Shown one piece after another: positions 19,701 to 36,510 of a stretch of 64,000 nt of DNA; positions within the stretch are counted from its first letter, which is position 1; each line of letters starts with the position of its first letter. The notes under the pieces were generated by a model. It saw only the letters and a program-made list of their open reading frames with translations, searched no databases and was not told where the DNA came from. The DNA lies in the NCBI RefSeq assembly GCF_009914755.1, contig NC_060941.1. One strand, 5' to 3'. A program made the position numbers and the translations under genes. This stretch comes from the human T2T-CHM13v2.0 reference genome, Homo sapiens.

Positions 19701-21123
19701 TCAGGAGCTCTCCATTCTAAGGCAAAAAGCCAGTGGGTAAATGTGAAGTGAAAAGAGGCAAGAAGAGAGGAAGAGTAGGTAAAGGGAAAATAGGATGAGA
19801 CAGTTGGAGAGAAAATGGAAGTGCAAGTAGCTGTTCCTCTCTCCCAGTAGCTGGGGTCTTGGCCTGAGAAATAGAACCTTAAAGAGTTAAGTGTCAATTT
19901 AAGTAACCTGCAATCTTTACAAAATGAGCTGTTTGTGTCTGTCCACAGGTCCTGAAGGCTGACCGAAACAATAACAGAGGCAGTAATAGTAGTCAGAGGT
20001 TCTATCCATGGATTTTGTTTATCTTGTAAAAGAGAGACAACAGGCCTTCCAGTTGTCCAGGGTCTCAGCCAGTCTTCGACTCCATGTTAGTGTAAAACTT
20101 CTGCACCCCATCCATTTCCACCTTTCCTCTCCTCCCCTATACCTTTTTAAATGCCTGTCAAAACAAAAAGCAGAAGGAAAGGTCTCTCAAACCTGTACTC
20201 AAGAAAGTGTATGCCCATTTGGTTACCGATAGTTTGGTTAAAAATGATCCTGTAAGATACCACCTGACACACACCATCGCAAGGGCAAGGAGGCAATGCC
20301 AGCAGGAAGCTACGTAGTCCCCAGGTAGTGACTTCATTCTACTAGGAGAACTTGGATGGCCCTTCAGATTTTGATCAGAGGAGACTATGTACTTATTACT
20401 GGATAGAAGGGGGGTCATCCTACTATTAAAATTTATTGCAGAGCCTGCTTTGTAAGACCTGCTTACTACCTTGCAGCACAGTAGGTTTGCAATAATACAA
20501 CAGGCTGGAACAAACTTTTGCTCTAACCATAGTTGACTGACAAAATATATGTTGATTACAGGTAAGTCACAGAAAAGTAGGTTTGGACCTCATACTTTTA
20601 ATACAGTTGGAAAAAACCTGATTGCAACACACTGAAATGTAACTGTGTGCAGAACAAACACCATCAGAAATGCAGTCCTTTTGCATTTTGGGAAATCCAG
20701 GTTCCCAGGAGCATGGCTGGTCGTAAGCAAACTGCTTTTGACTGAAATAGAGAGCAAACAGCTCGATGATTAAGAGAAGTTTTGAGTGGATTGTGCAGAT
20801 ATTTTCAAGACCCCTTAGGACAAGTCTGGTTATTAGACAAGTGGCATTTTGGTGGCTGGAAGGCATGTAAGGGATGGTGTCTGATATGGGATGGCTGGAA
20901 ATTTTGCTTATAGTTTAGAGGAGGGTTGTGGAGAAAAATCCCATAATAGAGGAGGCAGGAGAAGAGGGGAAGCTCTACATTTTCTCTTTCCCTTTCTACC
21001 ATGTCTGGTTAGTGGATTCTAGTCAATCCTCTCTACATTTCCTTATGAAAAGAAGGTTAAGGAGAACTTCAAATTTTTTTTTTTTCATTTTGAGTTAATT
21101 TTGGTTAAAAACTCAATCACTCA

Positions 21124-21427
<304 letters not shown>

Positions 21428-23230
21428 TCAATCACTCATTTGGATGTTTTGGCCACTTGAAATGGAAAATGTTAAGTCTGAGTGAAATTTGATTGGATAG
21501 TTTAGTTTAGTTGATTGGATATAGTTAGGATCTTTAAGGGGAGAAATCAGAGAATTCAGAAATATGTGTGTAATGGTTGTTTGTGTGGTCTGACCTCTTT
21601 GGCAAAGAGGAACAAGGAGGAAAGGAATCATTCAAAATTCTTAAGGCTCCAGGAGGGAAGAAGTGCTGTTAGGTCAGAGTCTTAATGACCTACCCTAGGT
21701 CTCTCACTCATCCTTTACTGGGGTCTGGAGGAAAGGTCTTCCTCCCAGGAGAATTCAGTGTTTAAAAGCTTGAGCTCAATTTCCGTAACTGTAAAGAAGT
21801 GGTCCTAATAGTAGTACACAATAGCTCTTATTGTTATTATTTTGTTGTAGATATTGACTTCTGTCCCTCCTGCCCTAGCCATTGTTTGTCCTCCTTTGAA
21901 GCTTTACAGTTGTATCCTACCCTGCCCCATATAGCTGTGGTTAGCTCCATGAGTATTAGAACTGATCAAGTGTACAGATGCCTGAAAATGTGTCCATGAG
22001 AGGTTGTCTTTGAACTGTGTGTGTGTCAGCTTGGGCTATATATCTAAGGCACTAGGAACAGTGATGGCTAGGCATGTTGAAGGGGATCTGTGCGTAGGGT
22101 GCTTTGGTAACTCTACCTGTATGTTGAAAGGAAAAGCCACCTTTTAGTGGAGAGAGATGAAGCTCACCAGGGCAACCCCACAGAGCCCCTAGATTATAGA
22201 TTCCCCCAGTACATTCTCTGAGACAGAGGCTTGGAGAGATGAGGCGAGCATGGTGGATAATGCTATTAATTGTTCTTTAGGGGAAACAGGCCATTTATTC
22301 TGTTATCGTTTATGCCCTGAACTTGGTCCAGGTTCCTAGCTGAAATTTCACACTTTACGGCTACTGTCAAAGGTGTACATGTAGAGTAGGGACATTGGTG
22401 AGAGGGGAACTAACTCTGCATATAAGGTAGGTGTTGTAAGAATTCAGGATGAAGGGGACTGTAAGAATCCTCCTGGGGGTCTGAGGAAGGAAGAAATGAG
22501 AGTGACCTCCCCCATCTGCTGGGATGGGTATGTTCATTTTCATGTCCTGCTCTTGGTAAGCTAACAAAGTAGGCATTCAGGAACTGGGGATCCCTAGATA
22601 CCCAGGGGGTGACTGCACACATTGTTCCCTACTTCTTCTGCTTCTGTAGTGTCCTCACATTCTCCCCCTGGTTCCCTGGTCTGGAACCAGTTCCCAGAGA
22701 TGCACTCAGAACCCACCTTTATGCCCACTTCTTCATTTCAGCCCTCTGCTCAAAGGCTGCGTGCCATAATGCAGGCACATGGGTGGGTGCATACACATAC
22801 ATACACACACGTCCATAGCCCCAGCCCTCGGAATAAGGGTTGAACCTTCTTACTGGGATGGGGAGGAAAAGGGCTTCCCATCCGGATGTGGTTTTCAGTC
22901 TTTTAACAGGCTTGTGACTTTAATCATTTACTATAAAGGGTTTTACAATTAGTTTATGCAGAATGATGTATTGCCTCTTTCTGGAGTGGCATTTGGGATT
23001 GCTTGGGGCTCGTCAACTTTCCATTCGGGACTCTGAGGAAGAGAAAATGAGGGAGACAGGAACTGAAATGGGAGCTGTTGGGTGGAGTAAACTTGTTGAG
23101 GATGTCTATTCAAAGTTAGAAATATTTATTCTACTTCCTCCTTAAGGTCTCTAAGTTGCTTGGGAGGAGAACTCCAACTGTAATAGAGACCAGTTGCTTT
23201 GGCAGGATTTGGAGATGAAGTTCTAAATTA

Positions 23231-28240
<5,010 letters not shown>

Positions 28241-28699
28241 CTTCCATACATGTTAGTTTCTAAAATATCAGGAACCCAGTTACGTTTTTTTCCTGGCAAG
28301 CAGGAACAGGCTGCACAGTGTAGTGACATTTGCTGGCCAGTGTCACCTTGACCTCTCTGAGCCCGTTTTCTGATCTGCAGAACGGAAGTAGCAATATTCT
28401 TAGTCTCCCCTGGTTGTTGAGAGGCTCAACTCAGCCTCTTGTGGTGGTTCCAGGTTCATAGTGTGGGCAAAAAGAAGTACTTTGTGAACTCTAAAGCACT
28501 ATGCAAAGGTGAGTTATTAACAAGATCATTAATTGATGACACCCCAAAAGGGCTGAAAGGTCATTCTCACCCCCAAACAAATGTCCTACTCTGCATGGGG
28601 GCGAGTATGACTTCTATTGTGACTTTGCTATGGAGCTTCCCAGAAGGCCTTGGGGACTAGCCCGGGAGGAGAGCCTTCTTTCTCTGCGGGTTCCGAAGG

Positions 28700-30360
28700 C
28701 TCCTAGTTCCGTGCCCCCACCCTGCTCCCAGGCCTTAGTTCCTGGCCTCACAGTGGGAGGCCTCCCGCCCCGTCCCGCCTCCTCCCGCGGCCCAGCCAAG
28801 GTCTCTAAGGAATGCCGCCTCCCGGGCCATTTTCTCCCCTCCAGCCTCCGCGGCCCCACTTCCAGCCTCTCCCTGGCTTCCCGGTTCCCTACCCCCAACC
28901 GGTTGCCACTTAAATGCTTGCAGGCCTGGTGCAGGCGGGAAGCCCCCTTCCCCCACAGGACCACCTCAGTCACAGCCCTGACCACAGGGAGGTCGGGTCT
29001 GGATTTACTAAAGGACCCCAGAGCGGGAGACTGCCCCTCGCCGGCTGCCTGGCTTCGCCATGGGGTCGGGTTTCGACCGGCCGGTGGCTCTGCAGAGAGA
29101 CAAAGGGCAAAGTCCTGGGCCCCACCCCCACCCCGCAGCCCCTGGCGCGGGTCCCCTCCCCCTCGGGGCCCAGGGCGGGTAGCCAAGGGCCGCGGGTCCC
29201 CGCCGGACAGGTTTGGAGCGAGTCGGGGCGCCCAAGGGGGCTTTGGCGGTAGAACATTCGAGACCGTGCGGAGCCCTGTAGCGGAGGGGCTGGGGGGCTG
29301 CTCTGTCCCCTTCCTTGCGCGCTGCGGCCTCAGCCCACCCAGAGGCCGGGGTGGGAGGGCGAGTGCTCAGCTTCCCGGGTTAGGTGAGAGGGGCTGGGGA
29401 GGGGGCGACCGTGGGCACAGGCGGGGACAGCCCGCCCCTCAGCTGCGCCGTCTCAGTTCTCAATTGCCCGTTCACGAGGGCGCCCCTCCCCCGCCTCAGC
29501 TGCCGCCGCCCTTCCCAGGCACCGCACTATCCCCGTTAGTGGTTCTCCCCGCGGTCCCCGTCCCCCTCAGTCTCCGCCTCAGTCTCCCCCTCAGTCCCCG
29601 TCCCCATCTGTCTCCCCCTCAGTCTCAGCCCCCCAGTCGCCGTCCCCCTCTGTCTCCCCCTCAGTCTCAGCCCCCCAGTCGCCGTCCCCCTCAGTGGCCC
29701 GCTCTGCTGCGCTTTCCCCTGCTCCACCGCGAGGGGCCGTGTTCACCGCCTAGGTTCTCTTGGCCGTCCCCTCCTCCTGGCCAAGGATAGGCGAGAACCA
29801 TCTTGGAAGGCACTCAGTCCTCCCAGACAGGATCCTTGGTGGTAGAACATTCTAGACCGTGCGGAGCCCTGGGGAGGAAGACCTCCACAGAGAGGGCACT
29901 TGAGGGGGGGAGGAGGGCCACGTTGGGGCCCTTGTCAGGGGAGAGACTGGCTGAGGAAGCGCCCGCCAGGAAGAAGCCAGCTGCAGCGCCTGTTTCCCAC
30001 CGCAGGTCATGGTTGGCAGCTAGGGGGAGACGCGGATCCCTGAGGGCTACTGCGCAGCGGCCGCCACTTATGGACACGCAGACGCTTGCGGGGCTGGTGC
30101 CCAGATGTTTGCCCATCGTCATCAGGGGGCACTAAGGACCCCGAGGAGCACGGGGATGTCTGCCGGGTCCTTCTCATGGTGCGGTGGGAAGCTGCCGAAG
30201 ACAGATTGCTTTGGAGGCTGGTCTGGTTTCCTCTCCTGGCTCCTGAGAGGGCCACCTCGGCTGTTCCCTCTGGAGGACAGAGCCCGACTCTGTCTGTTTT
30301 CAAGGTACCTCTCATGACGCCTTCCACTGGGCACCAGCTCCATCCTCGGCCGGGCCTCTG
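28700..30360. promoter_or_regulatory. Intron 2 CpG island, probable alternative promoter
   Basis: CpG-dense, non-Alu sequence; strong donor TAG|gtgaga at 29383; CTCF-like motifs at 30014 and 30117. Confidence 0.75.
29607..29690 (+). repeat. Perfect 42-bp tandem duplication in a C-rich minisatellite-like tract
   Basis: tctgtctccccctcagtctcagccccccagtcgccgtccccc x2, with degenerate sub-units upstream from about 29555. Confidence 0.92.
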
Positions 30361-30384
30361 AAACCCCGAGTGCCTGAGCGTGTG

Positions 30385-30620
30385 TCCTGTCGCCCAGGCT
30401 GGAGTGCAGTGGCGTGATCTCGGCTCAATGCAACCTCAGCCTCCCGAGTAGCTGGGATTACAGGCGTGTGCCACAACACCCGGCTAATTTTTGTATTTTT
30501 AGTAGAGACGGGGTTTCACCATGTTGGCCAGGCTGGTCTCGAACTTCTGACTTCAGATGATCCTCCCGCTTCTGCTTCCCAAAGTGCTGGGATTATAGGC
30601 GTGAACCACTTTGCCCGGCC
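30385..30620 (-). mobile_element. Internally deleted Alu
   Basis: Consensus match lacking its tail and part of the right arm. Confidence 0.9.
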
Positions 30621-32726
30621 GTGACCGTATGGCTTTTAAGCTTTCTGGAGAGAGGCTGGCATCTCCACCGGGGGCGAGTGCTAAACCAGCATCTCCAGAG
30701 AGGCGGGGCCGGGCCAGAGATGGTCTTCCTGCCCCCCACCTTTCCCTCGGTCGGAGCTTAGTAGCCTTCCCGACCCCCGGGGGAAGATTCCGAAACTTCC
30801 CTTCCCACTGCCAGTCTGAGAAGGATCGTGAGCAATGTCCCTGAGGGGGACCTCCCCATCTCAGATTGCAGGAGGGAGGCTCAGTTGCACAGCTCCCGTT
30901 GGGTCACCTCTTTTCTATTTGTCCCCGTACTGTAGGTTTGTCCTGATGGTTTCTTCTCCACTTCCTCAGTCTACCCCAGGGACCCCCCATTCTCTGTGCT
31001 TCCACATGACCACTTCTCCCCTTTGGGAGCCACTCAAGGTCGGGGGAGAGGGTGGCAGTTGGAGACCAGGCTGATGTGGAATTTGTCTGGAAAGAGCTGG
31101 ACTGTCCCAGAGCTTCTGTTTTGGCCTCCTTGGGGGCTGCTCAGATGGGCTTTCTTGTCAAACTATTTCCGAGATAGGCGAATTGAGCAAAGTATTCATG
31201 CTGAGGTTGGCTTGACCCCACCGCCACTTAGCACCTTCCACAAGTTGCTTCCTTCCTCCCCCAGAGCAAGATGACATTTTGCATGGTAGGGATTTTTGGT
31301 GAGCACCCTTTCACCCCACTAACAAATCTCCCTGACAGCCATCCAGCCGTATGATAGGGCACTTAGCTCTTCTGCAAGTGAAATCCCGTGCCCAAATTAG
31401 AGCCGCATGCAGTAAAAGCCAGTTGGCACGCACTTAACCATACAGAATATGGGCACTTTTCCTGCTTCTGACGTCGGGGCTGTTCAGGCTTCTGCTGTAT
31501 TAACACTTGTCTTCAGAAAGAAAGCAGTGGAGTTTGGTGCAGTGAGCACAAGCAGCCTACTAGTCCTGCCTCCAAGTTGGCAAGTCTGTTTCCTTCTCTG
31601 AGCCTCAGTTTCTCCATCTGTGAAATGAGGGTGACTGTTCAGCATCCTCTCAGGCTTCAGAGGCTTACCCCTTTCCTTTCTGCCTCAATGTATGAATCTG
31701 ATGTTTTTCAACTGGAACTTCTTGGTGACAGATTAAGGTGTGTGTATTGTGTGTGTGCGTGCGCACGTGTGTGTGTGTGTGTGGGATCATATAAGCTGAG
31801 TGATTCCCTTCTCTCCCCTAAATATGGGTAGAAGAGCCCTCCAGAGGAGTGGGAAGAAGGGTTCAGCCCAGAGTAGCTCTTGGTGACCTGCTTTTCCTTC
31901 CTACTTTTCCCCCAACAAGTAGTATAGGAAGGAGGCAGTGCGTGTATGCCACATACATTAAAAGACCTTGCTCACAGGGTGACAGTTGCATTCCAGTGGT
32001 GTCCTCACCTTCCAGTCCCCTCACACTCTGGCTTTCTTCGTGGTGGTGGCATCTGCTCTGCCCAGTCCCACATCTCCCAGTAGGTCAATGTTTTCTGGCC
32101 CCTACCCCTGCCAGCCTGCCACTCGACAGCCCGCCAGCCCGCCCGCCCGCCCCCCTGTCCTCCTGCCCCCCCGCCTGTCCTCCCGCCTGTCTGGCTGCCC
32201 TGCCTCTGGATCAGCCTGGCACAGAGCCCTGGGCTTTCGGCCAGCTCCTCCTCCCCTCCCCGCCCCCGCCCCCTTTCTCAGCTACTGCCATCCTGAAGCG
32301 TGCCAGGTCCGCCCCCTTCAGAAGTTTTCTTGGACAATTTTTTTTTTTCACCGCCTCTCCACCCTGTAGGGATAAGGAGGCGGGGTGGGGAGGAAGGACT
32401 GAGTCAGTGGTGATTTTCTGGAAAAGGCAGAGGTTGGCACCTTAGGGCAACTTCCAGATGGGAGCGACAACTGGGAGAGGGGCCAGCTTTGGGAGGGGGC
32501 TTCTACTCTGGTGTCAGCCACATGGAACCCTCTTGTTGAAGAGTCAGCAGAATCACCTACTTCTGAAGGGGTCCAGTGAGCAGCTCTCCCTCACTCCCTG
32601 GTTAGCTTTGTCCTCTTATCCCAAACCAAACCAGACCAAATCAAATCAAACCAGGTCCCCTGCTGGACTGTAAACCCTGTCAAAGCAGGGACCATGCCTA
32701 TGTGCTGGGTACTGTAGCACAGTGCC

Positions 32727-33520
<794 letters not shown>

Positions 33521-35086
33521 AGAAGGCCCAGTGTGTAGTAGCTGTCAAGATAACAACAATAACAACAAAAAAGAATGGCTCCGAGCAGCTGGACCCTTAC
33601 CAGAAACCACCAGCTTCTTGACTTCTGATTAGAAATCTGGTACCTGTTAGATGACGTGAGCATGGTGTGTGTGTTTTTGCAGGTTTGAAACATGTTTGTT
33701 GCTCACTCTTTTCCAGTATCCTGGGAACCCCAAACTGGCTCCCAGTCTAGCTTTGTTGTCTAATTGCCTCAGGCTGATTCCTTCTCTACTTGTTGAGATG
33801 CCTGCAGCCATGACTGAAGACTTGGATATCTTTGGGATGAAGTTAAATTGTGTTAGGTGGGGATGGGGGTTAGGGAGTGTGCCTTTACTTTGGGGTTATG
33901 GATGGATTCGAAAGTCTTCATTAATCCCTGAAATCTTGAAATGGTGTGCAAAGTGCATTTTTCTGGTGGAATGTTCTTGCCTTTTATCCTAATAGGAACT
34001 GTTTCAAAAAAAAAAAAAAGTTAAGAACCAGTTATTCAGACTATTAGGACACAGAAAATCCCTCTAATTAAGAAGGTGTTTCCTTATAGGTAGACAGGGT
34101 TGATCCCTGTCTGGGGACACAGGACCCTCTAAGATGGACTAACCCTACTCCTAGTTTCCCAGATGTGAGAAACTGAGGTCCAGAGTTGAAGGCCACACAT
34201 GGAGCCAGAAGCTTGGCCTGGGGGAGGGGTGGAGGTGAAGGTTCTAATCTGAAGATCCTGGTTTAATCCTACTTCTTTGCTGGAGATGAAAGTCCAGGCT
34301 TGACTCATGACAGGGGCCCTAGGGGAATTGGGGCCCCAAACTAGACAAGATTCCAAAACCTGCTCCCACCTTGCCCTCCTCCCTTCCTTCAACTGGCTTG
34401 CCCCACCCCAGTTTAAAGGCAGTCCTCCCTCTAGGGAGGGGTGAGGGAGGCCATAAACATGATTGAAAATGGCATCCTCGCTTCTGGGTATGGGGGCTGA
34501 AAGAAGGAGCAGGTTTGCAGAGGATTAGAGAAATACCAGTCCCAGGGGTAGTTTTCAGTCTCCCATTCACACTGTGCACAGTGCTTTCCTGGGAGGCCTC
34601 TTTCTGAGACCATCTCATCTGGTGCATTTGCTCCTTCCTCCCTTGGAGCCCAAGCCCTTGTCTCCTTCCAACCCCCCGTAAGCTCCTCAAGGTTCTGGAT
34701 TCTTTCGAATAGAACACCAATAGGAAAATTTCATCATTACTTCATACTAGTTTCTATTAATTTTGAACTGCTAATAACTTCAGAACTGGGTGAGCTGGAA
34801 TTACGTCTTTTTAGTTTTTACCTTTTTATTATGGAAAGAAATATAAACATAAAAGTAGAAAGGATAATGTAATAACCCCTCTGTGTACCATCCATCACTT
34901 AGCTTTAAAATTACCATGCATATGTAGTCTGTTGTCATTTTCCCCTGTGCTCTGATTATTTTGAAGCAAATCTTAGACATGTCATTTTATTTGTAACTAT
35001 TTCAGTATGTATTTCTAAAATATAAGAATTACAATATGACTTTAAAAGATTGACAACAGGAGTGAGCCATTGTGCCTGGCTCCTAA

Positions 35087-35692
<606 letters not shown>

Positions 35693-36199
35693 CCTAACTT
35701 CTCCTTTAAAGGAAGGGAATTAACACGCCAGGCTCTGAGATTCATTATCTCATATAATTCTCCCTACCCACTAAGGTGGTATCAACGGATGTTTTACAGA
35801 CCAGGGTACTGAGATAGAGAGGTTGAGTATCTTGTCTAAGTCACACAGCCATGCAGAACCACAGCCAGAATTTGAACCCAAAGCCTGTTTGAATCCAGAC
35901 TCTTCGCACTGTCCCTATGCTGCCTTTTTGATGACATAAAAGGGACAAAAAGCATTTGCCAAAGTAAACTCACTTTAGGCTGGAGGACAAAATAAAAAAC
36001 ACTTAAGAGTTCACACGACCCAGTGAACAGTGGGTCTGCACCGTGGAATTGCACTCCGATAAATCAAAACATCCCACCTATAATTCTTTAAGCTATTAAC
36101 TTCTTCTTCCAGCAGCGTATTTCCATAGTTAGTTGAAAAGTGATTATTTGGCATATTGAACATTGACTAGGTATTTGATGACATCAAGAAATTATTGTC

Positions 36200-36510
36200 A
36201 TCCTGGTGTGGTGGCTCACATCTATACAGCACTTTGGGAGCTGAGGTGGGAGGATCGCTTGAGGACAGACAGGAGTGTGAGACCAGCCTCGAAAACATGG
36301 TGAGGCCCCGTCTCTACAAATTAAAAAAAAAAAAAAAAAATTGGAGCCAGGCGTGATGGCGCATGTGCCTGTGGCCCCAGCTGCTCAGGGGGCTGAGGTG
36401 GGAGGACCCCTTGAGCCTGGGAAGTCGAGGCTGCAGTGAGCCAAGGTCTCACCACTGCACTCCAGCCTGGATGACAGAGCAATACCCTGTCTCAAAGGAA
36501 AAAAAAAAAA
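36200..36510 (+). mobile_element. AluJ-like
   Basis: gaggatcgcttgagg, gtcgaggctgcagtgag and an A tail. Confidence 0.9.

Noticed and set aside
28630-29790. 386-aa ORF in the intron 2 CpG island
   Set aside because: Pro/Arg/Gly-rich with no recognisable domain, runs through a minisatellite, and is out of phase with exon 3 at the 29383 donor; typical GC-content artefact.
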